Part shown: one piece after another, positions 52,181-64,000 of the stretch
Position numbering within the stretch: position 1 is the first letter of the stretch
Layout of the letters: each line of letters begins with the position of its first letter
Translations under genes and position numbers: made by a program
Assembly: GCA_038496445.1 (NCBI GenBank)
Contig: JALMLS010000070.1
Location: 1-64,000, forward strand
Origin: Trichosphaerium sp. ATCC 40318
Taxonomy: Eukaryota; Protista; Tubulinea
DNA: 64,000 nucleotides
Direction: 5' to 3'
The notes under the pieces: model-generated
The model's input: only the letters and a program-made list of their open reading frames with translations
The model's database searches: none
What the model was told of the DNA's origin: nothing

Positions 52181-55100
52181 TTACTTTGAGCGTTTCAAAT
52201 AGGTCTTTCCATACTGAGCGCTCTCAATAGAATCTGTCATCAGTAGGCGGTAAACTGATACTTGCTTCTCTTGACCCATCCTGTACGCTCTTCCAATAGC
52301 TGAAAAGAACTCAGTAAAACAACGATTACGACTATAGTAGTACCTTGCTTTTCAATTGCTTGGGCTTCAAGTCTAGACTTGAACAATGGATCTACAATCA
52401 CGTGAGAATTACTAGATTATTGTTTTCGTACCTAACATGAAGACAACATCAGCTTTCATCAAGTTCGTTCCTGATGCAGCGTTCGAGATGCTGTACAATA
52501 CAATGAGGACTAATGTTTATTTAAAGGACTTGCCTGATAAGAATTACTTTATAGTTGCCATCTGTTCGTCTACCTTGAAACAAGTCAATTGCCTTAGTTC
52601 TTCTGTGAACGTTTCTACAGAAATAGGACATTAGAGTAAGCTACTCTAGGATATCTATACGTACCCTTCTATAAACACAGCATTGACACCATTTTGACGA
52701 AGTGCTTTGTCTATTTGGTTAAGAAGCTCTTTGTGTTGTGAAAACAGAATCACTTTCTTTTCGGAATTTTCTTCATCTTTCAAAAACTGAAGCAAGCATG
52801 CAACTTTACTACCATAGCTATACAATGACATTAGGCAAAGTGTTCAAACAACATGTTTCTCTAAACTTACAGTAGTTGCATTTCAACATAGGTGAGATCA
52901 TTGTACTTGTAGTCATCACCTTCAAGGCACTCCTTCTTTGCTTCAGCAAACGTCGTTTCAATTGGATCCTACATTTTACATAAACGATACTTATCAATAC
53001 ACCTTCTTATGGTGAACAGCTAAGTCTGACATACCACTTCAGTTAATATTGCCTTGCTCTTTTTCGCCTTTAAGTATTGCTCCTTAGCTCTCTAAATGGC
53101 ACATCAAACGTTTACTTTTGCTTTAAGTACTTACATCTACATGACTTTCCGTAATATATGTATAGCCACCATGCTCTCTTTTGTTCTGTACAGGCTGCTC
53201 TTGTGTTATAGCATCTTCATAGTACTCAAGGTTCTGTTTTGCCTCTTCCACGTTTCTCTAAAGGTTGTAAGACTTAATGTAGCTTTTAAAACATAGCTGA
53301 TTGCTCTTCTTAAAATGAAAAGAGCACATACTGCCGCTTCCTCGCGAGCTTCGTTAAGAAGTTCAATGATTGTATTTTGCCCCAAGTTCATTCCACAAAG
53401 AAGTATAGCTTGCTCTATTTACAAGGTTCAGTAAACACCAAATTATCTCGTAGACTTACTGTATCTGTCTAGAAGGTAAGCATAGTCATACAAAGCACGT
53501 TCGATTGGGTGGAAATCTACTTTTGTGATCTTTTCAATGTAGGGTGGAACATCAAACTCTTTGGCCACGCTCTCCTTTGTGTTACGCCATATCATGTTTT
53601 TCTCGAATAGGTTACATACTATTTTACTGCAAGAGAAGTGTAAGTCTTACAAATCAAGGACTATTTACCTTATGTATGCACTGGTAAGATAGAAGCTTTT
53701 AACTTCAGTGTCATGTGTTTTCTCTTTAATCAAAAACTGAAAAGCATGTTTAAAGGTATCTCTAAAACCACATTGTCAGTACAAAGATTGTATATATTTA
53801 TAACGTGCTCAGTGGGAAATGGTGTGCCTGAAGAATACGATTAGTATTTACGAACATAGAAGTTAATTTGTTACGTACCAGTGACATACCACTTATGATT
53901 TGCCTTTAAGTTCACTACTGAATCTAGATAGAAAGGTTCATTGATGTGTTCGTGGCCCTAAAGGCTTATAAGTACGACTAATCCAATGGGTATTTACCTC
54001 ATCTAATACAATGCGCTGCCACGAGAAGTGGTCAAGTACTGGTAGCACCTTTGAGTTTTTCGACAGGGCTCTATTAATTACGACCTTCTATTTCTACGTT
54101 AGTACTTTGTGTAACTTTGGCAGACTCACAGAACGGTTAGATTCAACTGCTTTTTTTCTATCTCTGTATATGAACTTTGTAGCAGTGCGAGCTTCGGGTA
54201 GCACCAATCTGATGTAGTTCATGTTCCTCAAGAACTCATAAGATACCACAACAACATCTATCAAAGGTAAGACTGTTTAATCTAACTTCTCCAAAAGGTA
54301 CACACCTGCATTCGATAGATTCCTGCTATTGTATTTACGCAGTTGAACAATAGTAGTCAATCTGATAATATCTAGCTCACAGTTTGAGTGAGTCTGTAGT
54401 TCATCACACCATTGTTTAGCAAGGTGATTTGGGCACAATACTATGTTGGTTAAAAACAGCATTGGAAGTATTTTGACCGTACTTAGAGTTGCTCTTGAAG
54501 AGAAAAAGGCGCACTTCTTCTTTTGAGTGATTGTTCTAGACAAACGCTCTCGGGTGTAGCAGTCTGTTACAGACATTTCAAATTGGGTTACACTCTCTTT
54601 GAGAATTGAAGGTTGATGTTTGTCTTTTGGATTTCCGAAAATTAACTCCAAAACTAACAGGTGTTACAACATCAACAACTATCTCTTTTTTTTTCTTACT
54701 TTCTATTGTTTTTCCAAGACCCATGTCATCCAAACTATGCATCAGGTACAGTTGAAGTAGATAATATTAGAGTATGTACCTGCAAGTATACCACCATAGA
54801 AAGAGATCTTGCCTCGGTCTTGACTTGGATCAAGTTGTTCAGCAGTTTTTAAGATGCCTTTAATTGAACTGTAATAAACAGTTGGTCTTGAATTACGCCA
54901 TGGAAATGCTGAAATATAATCAAACTCTATTACAAATCAGTTTGTTTAGTGCTGTAATATTGACATACCACAGAATCTAGAGTTTTTTTCAACTGCCATC
55001 ATCCAACTGAAGGCTTTTAATTGATAATTATGAAGGGTGAGGTTTAAGTTTTCAGGTTGCTCCAGTAGCGTAACACCAGCCTATTATTATCTTAACTCTT

Positions 55101-55936
55101 TTTCTATTATATCATTACAACGTACTGTATGCGTTAAGGCATTGTCTAAAGGAGTAAAATACCATTTTTCTATATTTTTCAGGTTTTTAGCCACAAAATT
55201 TGTTATCTGCACTCTTCCTGGTATTTTCTCATTTGCGTTCATCATAGCACAAAGGCTGTTACATTTAGTGAGAAGAAAAATTAATTATTAGACATTGCAT
55301 ACCGGTTGGTGTTAATAAGAACTAAGACATCAAATTGTAATTCATTGTCATTTGGTTGGATTTCTGAGTGATTGATTGATAGCCGATACAGCGATTTATC
55401 TTTTGCCATTTCTACCCAATGGTCATATATTTTATTGCGTTGAGATAGAGGGTATCTGTTATAAATTTTGAATAGGCGTCCATCTTGTGTGGCAAGCTAC
55501 CGAATTGTAAGGAACATTGACAAATCTTCATATCGGATTACCATCATATATACTCCTAGCCAATCAGGTACAAGAGTAAGATCTCTAACTGGAATAGATC
55601 TAATATCCTCTACTTTTGTATTGTCTTCAACGCTCCATATATCCTTGTTGCCTAGCAAGTTTACCCAACAAAGTGCATCATTGCAGCTTACTGCATTCCA
55701 AAACCGCTTAAATAAACAAGTTACTTGTGATTGTAGTGTCTATGAGAACAACGTACGTCAACACAAGCTGCACTATTCAAATCATTGTGTGATACTTGAC
55801 CGAGTATCATCAACGTAATCTCATATGGTAACTCTGGTGTTTGGTCATGTATCGGTTCATGATCTTTTTTTCTTCGCTTTCTTTTAATCACAATCTTTCT
55901 CCTGCATTTTCTCTTTCTGTTACTTTTGCCACTCAT
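52181..55936 (-). CDS. F-box + SNF2-family (Rad5/Rad16-like) helicase
   Basis: Basic NLS-like start. ELPYEITLMILGQV (F-box). LHNYQ, GGILA-DDMGLGKT, VLCPNHLAKQW, WQRIVLDEGH, WYVTGTP, KVILFSQ, ASGTNL, QAIGRAYRMGQ. Confidence 0.88.
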
Positions 55937-56506
55937 ACTTTTCAATCTACTACAAATTTGGTATATTGGTTTTGACGGTTAGGGTACTATACGTACTAAT
56001 CGTTGTAGTAATTGAAGTTCAAATACTAGGTAATGAGATGCGCGCCAGAAGTCAGTTTAGAAAAAATGAGTAACCGGTTAAGTTGTCGCGTTAAGTAATA
56101 GCATCTTGCGAATAGCCAGGTGTTAGCCCGTCAAACTTTATGTGCTTGCTCTAGCTGGTTTATCTAAGAAAGATTCATTCGCTTTGAATCGCTCTTTTAT
56201 CAATCTAAATTGAGAGCTTTCTTCCATTCAATGAATGCGCGAATAGTAAATTGATAAGTGCTTATTGAAGCTCGTAAAACCAACGTAACAAAGAACCTCC
56301 TGTTTTACGTATGCTTATGAGCCTAGGTATTGTAATAGTGGACACTGTATTACAATACTGGATACACTTGTACTGTTTATGGTATGCATCTGTAAATGCA
56401 ACGCTTTTGTGAAAGGCTATCTTTATTTAAATGTTTCAAAATACAATATGACAAGCCATACCTAAACTACAATTCTAGGGTTATACATACAATCTAATTT
56501 AAATGT

Positions 56507-57319
56507 CTAATCCAAAGGATACTCTATGTCAACTATGTTCTTGTCACAATAACTTGGTGTTGTGGTTTTTCTTTTTCTTTTGGATCGTACACCGTTTTTA
56601 TAATAAACCAGCGTCCACAATGATCCATCCTGAAGCCAACCTTTACAATCTCCATCAAGTTTATCATTAATAAACCAACAATGAGATTCTAATTGACCAT
56701 TATCATACCATGTCTTATATTCTCCATGCTTCCTTCCGCTAACATTATTAAATAATGACAAAAGTTGGCCGTTTTTATGCCAACTTTTTGCCTCTCCTTC
56801 AATTTTACCTTCGACGTACTTAAATATTTTCCTTAATTGACCATTTCTATACCATGTCTTTTCTATCCCATGACGTTTGTTATTTACAAACTGAGTATGA
56901 CTACACAACTGACCACTCTCATGCCACCTCATGCATTCTCCTTCTTTTCTACCATTTACGACGAACAACTTTTCACTCAATTTACCACTTGCATACCATC
57001 TTTTAACTTCTCCTTCTGGTATATTATTAACATAACTGAACTTTTCTGCAAGTTGACCATTATCATAGTATCTTAGACACTTTCCATAAAGTCTACCATT
57101 TTTCCATTCTGTTACATGCTTTTTTACAGCTGTACGAAGGAATAATTGTCTCACGTGTTTGTGTTTTGAGGCGTAATGTAAAATCCATTTTCCGTGTTTA
57201 TTAAGCTCAGTATCAAATCTAGTTGTAGTTGCTGCGTGTTTAGATAGCAGAGGCCATTTTATATAAACTTCAACGTCTAAATCTATAATATCAAGCTGTA
57301 ATTCCATAGGAAGTGCCAT
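56507..57319 (-). CDS. Intronless F-box-like + MORN-variant (YwqK-like) repeat protein
   Basis: MALPMELQLDII N-terminus, then about 8 repeats of G.xKxWYxNGQL. Confidence 0.85.
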   Translation of the reverse strand: MALPMELQLDIIDLDVEVYIKWPLLSKHAATTTRFDTELNKHGKWILHYASKHKHVRQLFLRTAVKKHVTEWKNGRLYGKCLRYYDNGQLAEKFSYVNNIPEGEVKRWYASGKLSEKLFVVNGRKEGECMRWHESGQLCSHTQFVNNKRHGIEKTWYRNGQLRKIFKYVEGKIEGEAKSWHKNGQLLSLFNNVSGRKHGEYKTWYDNGQLESHCWFINDKLDGDCKGWLQDGSLWTLVYYKNGVRSKRKRKTTTPSYCDKNIVDIEYPLD

Positions 57320-58049
57320 TAGAACGTTCTCGAATGATTTTGAGGTATTCGTCTAATAAAACTCTTAGACACAAAGTTGAGCTTGCTATAAAAACATTCT
57401 ACCTTGCGTTTGCTTGCCATTGGATGTTAGCAAGATTGTTCAGTTACTTCGTAGGAAGATAGTTGACCTTTATTGACTTGAAGCACTACCTTAAAATGAT
57501 TAAGACAGGGACAGCTCATTGTGGAGACTATACGTAACACGCAGTGCCCGTATTTAAGCTTCAATGTTGAGCCTCAAGTACTCTAGCATCAAGAACACAG
57601 TCAGAATATTTTAAGAATAAGGTGGTAGGTAACTACACTATTCAAACAATGTTGTATATTTGATATTATTGACATTGTTCAGTAATCTCTCATAAGACTT
57701 ATACAACGGTAAATTTATTTTGTTGGACATTTAAATTGTGCTGTTAATAAAGTATTATAATTAATTTTAGGCCAAACTGCATTTTTAAGAACAGGATGAT
57801 GAGGTCTGATAAAGAGTTAGTATTTGGTTGTTTTGTCTTTAATTGACTCCAAAATGTACCTAGGGAACAATGGAAAAGCGTTGGCAACAGGTTTTATCAA
57901 CTTGTTTCCTCTACAAAGAATATAAGTTGGGTAATAAGTCGTAAGAAAAAGGCTGGTTCAAGTTTTACAACAACAGGAGAAAGTGTTATTAGGAAGCTTA
58001 AACGCTTGTTCTTTATGCCAAATGGCTTTGTATAATAGATGTAATTTAT

Positions 58050-60243
58050 CTAGTTCAGCTTGGCGTAGCTTGCAACCGTAGAAGGCATTTAAAAAACAGT
58101 CCAACGAACTGACACGTACCGAAGTGCCATGTAGACGCAGTATTCTGGAACTTTTGTAAAATCCAAACTAAACGAACACATTAGAACGAAACGCTTTCTT
58201 TTCTTCATAATTTTTTCGAAAACGCACCCAGTGACATTCATGTTATCGTAACATCCTTTTAAAAAAATCACGTGTTAGTTGACATATTCATTTGAGTAGA
58301 AAAAAAATCTCAACAATGTTTTTTTTCTCCTTTGTACCTCTTTGGAAGACAAACTTGTTGAATGGCTGAGCTGTGTGCATAGCATGTATGTGAGCTAGTT
58401 TATAAACATTCATATTTTTCTCGCTCGCTTGGACATCTATTAATTCAGGAGAGTAAATAAGATCTGGAACCAAATGATTCAATGCAATCTCACTAAACAA
58501 AAAAATATCAATAACCATCATCCATTAACAAACAAGTATTCAATGGTTATCTATTCAACCATTATTATGTAACATACCTTCCATACATTACAGCAGTCTA
58601 AAGAAGAGTTAGAGCGTGTAAACGGCGACATAGTAGACAGCTTTGTTTCGAAGTTTTAAGGTACCTTCCACCATTTAGGCCAAATTGTTGGTTCATCTAG
58701 TTCATTCTCCCAGATGTAAATAGCTGTTTTCATTGAAAGCTCTGCAACTTCCCGAATTCTAAAAGAAGAAAAAAATGTCAACAAAAGGATCAAACAAAAA
58801 ACGAAGCATACCTCTTTCCTGGTCCATACCAAGTAGGTCCAAGATTATGCATACCGCGATGGGTTAAACCAAGCTTCTTTGCTATACGTCGAAGTCTTCT
58901 TTGTGTGTAAATATGATAACCATAGCCACCTTTTCCAACCTGAACAGAGTTGTTAAAAAAAGTATTACGAACACTTCTTCTTTTGTTTTACTCTCACGTA
59001 CAACAAATCCTTGAGGGAACCAAGAACCAAAGAATGGAGTCAAGAATACGTCAATATCTGTACGCATAACTAAATCATAGTCATCCAAAACTTTACCATC
59101 CTCTGATGCAAAGAATTCGAGTGAATACAAATTCTTGTAATCTAAAAAAACACAAGAAAGTTAGATACATTGTCGAATTGTTACACGTGAATATCTCTTG
59201 ATGTACGTACTCCTAAATGTTTCTGTATTTGGTGGTGTGTGCTCTACAATTATACAATTCGGTTTTGTCTCATCAACCTTCTCATACGGGACACATTCCC
59301 ATTCTTTTGGAATGACATCAGCAGATTGTGGATCTGTAAAAATGAATAGATCTATGAGGACGTATTCATTTGTTATAAGGTCCCAGCATTCATGTAACCA
59401 TCTAGAACAATATTAAGCATATCATAATAAAACAAAGATTTGATACATAGTGTTTATAAAAGGTCGCTAGGTTGGACACAAACGAAAAACGCAAACAAAA
59501 CCAAAAGTTGATTTTTGACTTAAATGAAGCGGTACTGTCATTTTGTTGTTCAAGATACCAAAAGCGTAATACATACACTAGTGTTACTGTATAATTGCTC
59601 TTTCAGTGCGATTGAAGAGAAAAAAATAAGCTTTTTGGTTTCGTGGTTTTTTCAGCAACGTGGCAATTAAAAATGTTGTTTGTGGTATAATTTACGGATT
59701 TCTATGCGTGAACGATTGCTTTTTCAGTTTGGGCGTTTTTTTTTTCTTTGTACGTACTTTAGCTCCTTTAAAAAGTCTTTGGTTAAGCTACGACCATCGT
59801 GGAAGTACACAGCAACAGCTCGCTTCATCTACAGCAATTAAATGTGTCAATAAATAACTACAATGCTAAAGAGCTATTGTAGACGCCTTTATCGCCGTAG
59901 GTGGCTAGTTTGTACCTTTGGGAAATTGCTTCCATCTCTTTGTCTTATTTCTGGAACACCTTGGTTTCCAGTCGTCGCAACGCGCGTTGCATCCTTTAAT
60001 TTGTCTAATTTGGAGGTTAAATGGAGTGTACGGCTTTTCGTCTTATTTACCGATCTGACGTTGCAAAATATCCATACGACTCCTTAGAGCTGCGTTTTCT
60101 TTCCCTTGGATGTCCTCAAATGCATTGTGAGTGCCTACATTTGTACTAGGCTCAGACATCGCAGAGCGGAACATAAACAAGTATACTAGCTGTATGAACG
60201 CTAGTATAAATATAAAAACAGTCAACTGGCTGTATCGATTCAT
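58050..60243 (-). CDS. Type II membrane DxD glycosyltransferase-like protein (DUF7164-like)
   Basis: N-terminal anchor LTVFIFILAFIQLVYLFMF. YDLVMRTDIDVFLTP, VGKGGY, GMHNLGPTWYG, WPKW, EIALNHL, HIHAMH. Multi-exon. Family name recalled from motifs, not searched. Confidence 0.75.
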
Positions 60244-61128
60244 TGCGGTGCTAAATGTCAAAAAACCCGAAATTTCTGGCTGTTTTACGTTGAGAAAGCC
60301 TGGAGTGGTAACGAAAAACATAGAAGCATGTGGCAGTATCAACCTAACTTGGAAGTTTTTTCGGCGCCGGCTACAGAATCTGTAGTTGGCTAATTTAAAC
60401 CGTTAAAAATATGATTTTGTGTTTGCTATACCATGGCACTACGTGCTTTTTTTAAGTTCTACATAGGTCCAAAGCCTAGTGTCAAAATGCAAAAAATAAT
60501 TTTCCCTTATTTTTCTCAGCGTAAACTGCTAACCGTTTAGTGACCACCTCTAATATTCGGTTTAAAACTATCTAAAAGACTGAACTAATTATTGTCCCAT
60601 CACTAGCTGTCAACCTAACAATACCCAAAGGTAGAGTTAGCTTACAACAACATTTGGTCCGGAAAATATTGCAGTAGCATCAATAGCACTTGCTTCAGAT
60701 TTACTTCACTTTCTTTCCAGATTTTATGCAAAGAATGTCATAGGAAGTACGTTAGACTGAATCATTGAGTTGTGACCATGTACAACGATGCACTGTTGAC
60801 ACTATGTTTGTAACTGGAGATTTCGCCTAGTTTATTCATGAGAAACGAAATGTCAGCATACTGTGCGACACAAAAAAAGCTGTGTACCACAAAACGTTGA
60901 CATAATATCAAGATACGCTAAGACGCATGTACAGCATTAACAGAGTAAAACCTGTTTATACTTCACAAGCAAGTGGCGCGTGGAAAAAAAATGTGAAACG
61001 GAAATATAAAATATTTTAGCTCGAATAGTCAAAATAGCGAAAGTTTCAAAGGTGGCGCACCGTTTCATACACGTGACCAAGTAAGCTTGCTAATACCTTC
61101 ATACAACAGCCTAATAAATGAGAATAGA

Positions 61129-63525
61129 ATGACAAGCGATACACCAGACAAATGTCACGTGTTTCGTCTTCCGCTTGAGTTACAACTGGATATTATCGAT
61201 TTAGACTTTGAAGTGTATTTAAAATGGCCTCTGCTATCAAAACATAGCGCATTAGAAACGAGATTTGATAATGACATGAATAAACATGGTAAATGGCTTA
61301 AACGATCAAAAGGAGGCTCTAAATACAAATCTGATTGGAGCCATGGCAGAAGACATGGAGAGTACAAGGAATGGTATTCCAATGGTTGTTTGTCTTTACA
61401 CTGTAACTATGCCAATGGGAAACTTTGTGGTGCGTACAAAAAATGCAATAGATATGGATATATTCAGCTACATTATAGCTATAATGATGACAAGATCCAT
61501 GGAGAGTACCAAAAACAACAATGGGCTTTCAAATCAAATGGTGTATTCCAGAAGAGGTGTAACTACATCAACGGGTTAAAACATGGAGAATACAAAACGT
61601 GGTATGTAGATAATGGTCAAATGATGGAGCGAAATAGTTGTACCAAGAATGATAAAGTTGACAGCGAGTTCCAAGGATGGCATGAAAGCGGTGTATTATC
61701 GAAGAAGTGTAACTACATCAACGGTAAAAAACATGGAGTATACAAAACGTGGTATGCAGATAATGGTCAAATGAGGAAGCAATGCAGTTACATCAATGAT
61801 AAACTACACGGACAACGAAATGAGTGGTATGAGAATGGCCAGTTAAACAAGCAGTGTAATTACTTCAACGATAAACTCAATGGAGAGTGCCAGGAATGGC
61901 ATGACAATGGCCAGCTATACGAGCAGTGCCAGTACACTAATGATAAACTCAATGGAGAGTACCAAGAATGGCGTTATAACGGCCAATTAAGCAATCTTAG
62001 CAATTATATTGAAGGTAAGCTCCATGGAGAGTCCAAAGACTGGTACAGTAATGGTATATTACGCATTAAGTGCAACTACATCAACGGTTTAAAACAAGGA
62101 GATTATTTTGAATTTTTTAATAAGAATGCACAAATCATCAGAAAGCAATGTAGTTATCTCAATGATGAACTACATGGAGAGTACAAGGAATACTATGAAA
62201 ATAGCCAATTGCGTGAACACTGTCATTATGTAAACGGCAAAAAAGAGGGACAATCAAATATTTGGAATGATGATGGCAAATTGATTAGGCAACGCTACTG
62301 CTGCAATGGTGAAGTCCAAGAAGACTCTTGGTTTGATCATGAAAATAATCAAATTTCAAAGCACGTGCATTACAAAAGTGAAAAAGAGAGAGTGTGGAAG
62401 TATTGGAACAGTAATGGCCAGCTTATTAAAGAAGAAAATAAATATAAAACTGATGACGATCAGATTGTTATGGATGGAGAGAATAAAAGATGGTACATAA
62501 ATGGACAACTGAAGATACAAAGCTACTATTACAGAGGCTCACTCCATGGGGAGTATAAGGAGTGGTATGACAACGGGCAACTGAAGAAGCAATGTTACTA
62601 TTGTAAAGATTCACTAAATGGAGTGTATAAAGAGTGGCACAGTAATAGCCAACTGAGAACGTCAGCAGTTCAGAAAAACGGAAAACAAGAAGGAGAGTAC
62701 AAATCTTGGCATGACAATGGTCAATTACAAGGGCACTGCAATTACATCAATGGTGAACAACATGGAGATCGCAAGTACTGGTATGACAATGGTCAATTGT
62801 ATGAACATTATTTATTCATTGATGGCACAAATAAAGGACAATACAAGGCTTGGTACAGAAATGGTAAATTGAAAGCACTATGCAACCACATCAATTTTGG
62901 GTTTGAAGGAGAGTTCAAAAAGTGGTTCCTTAATGGTAGATTGAAGATGCAATGCACCTATGCCAATGGATATCGATATGGGCAATATAAGTCTTGGTAT
63001 GACAATGGTCAACTGAAGAAACAAAGGAACCATATCGATTATGATTGGGCTGTTATGATACTAGATGGAGAGTACAAAAAATGGTATGCCAATGGCCAAC
63101 TTAAGGCTCAGTTTTGTATTGTTGAGGGATGGTACAGTGGAGAGTTCAAAAAGTGGCATGAAAATGGCCAAATACGCCAACATGGTCACTTTGATGGTGA
63201 GTCTAGCAAGCATGGTGATTTCAAAAAGTGGTACAACAACGGTCAATTACAGGAGCAATGTAAGTACATCTATGAAACTCTGGATGGACAGTATAAGTAT
63301 TGGCATGAAAATGGACAATTAAAGAAGCAACACAACTATGAAAAGGGCAAGATAAAAGGGGATCATAAAACTTGGTATGACAACGGCCAATTGAAGAAAC
63401 AATGCAACCATGAAAAAGGTGAGTGTAAAAAATGGCATGCCAATGGCTATCTCAAGTCCTATTTGGTTCGAAGTATCACTGGATTCCACTGCGGAGCTGA
63501 AGGGTGTCGATGTAAATACGGATAG
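61129..63525 (+). CDS. Intronless F-box-like + long MORN-variant repeat protein
   Basis: ATG at 61129. RLPLELQLDII, then more than 25 ~24-aa repeats HGEYKxWYxNGQLxxxCxYxNG. Confidence 0.9.
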   Translation: MTSDTPDKCHVFRLPLELQLDIIDLDFEVYLKWPLLSKHSALETRFDNDMNKHGKWLKRSKGGSKYKSDWSHGRRHGEYKEWYSNGCLSLHCNYANGKLCGAYKKCNRYGYIQLHYSYNDDKIHGEYQKQQWAFKSNGVFQKRCNYINGLKHGEYKTWYVDNGQMMERNSCTKNDKVDSEFQGWHESGVLSKKCNYINGKKHGVYKTWYADNGQMRKQCSYINDKLHGQRNEWYENGQLNKQCNYFNDKLNGECQEWHDNGQLYEQCQYTNDKLNGEYQEWRYNGQLSNLSNYIEGKLHGESKDWYSNGILRIKCNYINGLKQGDYFEFFNKNAQIIRKQCSYLNDELHGEYKEYYENSQLREHCHYVNGKKEGQSNIWNDDGKLIRQRYCCNGEVQEDSWFDHENNQISKHVHYKSEKERVWKYWNSNGQLIKEENKYKTDDDQIVMDGENKRWYINGQLKIQSYYYRGSLHGEYKEWYDNGQLKKQCYYCKDSLNGVYKEWHSNSQLRTSAVQKNGKQEGEYKSWHDNGQLQGHCNYINGEQHGDRKYWYDNGQLYEHYLFIDGTNKGQYKAWYRNGKLKALCNHINFGFEGEFKKWFLNGRLKMQCTYANGYRYGQYKSWYDNGQLKKQRNHIDYDWAVMILDGEYKKWYANGQLKAQFCIVEGWYSGEFKKWHENGQIRQHGHFDGESSKHGDFKKWYNNGQLQEQCKYIYETLDGQYKYWHENGQLKKQHNYEKGKIKGDHKTWYDNGQLKKQCNHEKGECKKWHANGYLKSYLVRSITGFHCGAEGCRCKYG

Positions 63526-64000
63526 TAACACTACAGAACTTTGTAGGTTTACAACATAATAAAGAGCTGCAACTATTTAAAGGAACTTTCCTGTATTTGT
63601 TTTTTTTGATTACATACCTAAATGTGCAGAAAGTACAAAAATAACTTTTTGCAATAATCCAAAAATTGGGTTTAAGCGAAATCTCAAAGACAAACCATAA
63701 AATGGCCCATACTCTCAGAACGGGTAATCATTAATGTGTTAGAATAGTTGACGCATTATGGCTTATTATTCTGTGACTCTAAAGCCTTTAGTAGCCCATA
63801 GGTATTCACAATAGACACAACATTCCAAGTGAGACATACACCAGTGGTATCAATATTGAAAAGGCATAATAGGAGGAGGAAATAGTATTTTAACATCTTT
63901 TAGGCAAAAAATTATTTTTTATGCAAATCAGAGGAGCTTTTTTTTGAGGTCAAGTCAAAAATAGTTAAAACATGTTTCCCACGCGTGTATGCGTTATACA

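Noticed and set aside
56507-63525. Whole region as an integrated giant-virus genome
   Set aside because: No viral hallmark genes, and an intron-rich host-type gene lies between the two MORN-variant genes.

Overview
Eukaryotic nuclear DNA, about 35% GC, gene-dense, with many short (mostly 40-130 nt) spliceosomal introns. The GTACG/GTGCG-rich donors, divergent alpha-tubulin, WNK and TKL kinases and Pro/Thr-rich surface proteins suggest an amoeboid protist (inference). By splicing exons by eye I could reconstruct about 20 genes. These include alpha-tubulin (18 introns), WNK kinase, a C2-TKL kinase, TMEM234, an F-box-SNF2 helicase, F-box-LRR proteins, two intronless F-box-like/MORN-variant genes, a DxD glycosyltransferase-like gene and several secreted or surface proteins. 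There is also a decayed intron-containing piggyBac-like transposase, a P450 pseudogene and a degenerate inverted-repeat element. The standout locus is 42705-45853. A single reading frame encodes signal peptide, Reeler domain, Cys-rich module, a membrane/GPI-like anchor, then a SECOND internal signal peptide ending A-H-G directly before H-N-W. The domain that follows carries the His1 / second His / Tyr-x-x-Cys-x-Asp pattern of copper histidine-brace (LPMO-fold) proteins. This looks like a signal-peptidase-processed cellular polyprotein that releases a candidate new LPMO-like enzyme. All gene models were made by hand without searches or RNA data.
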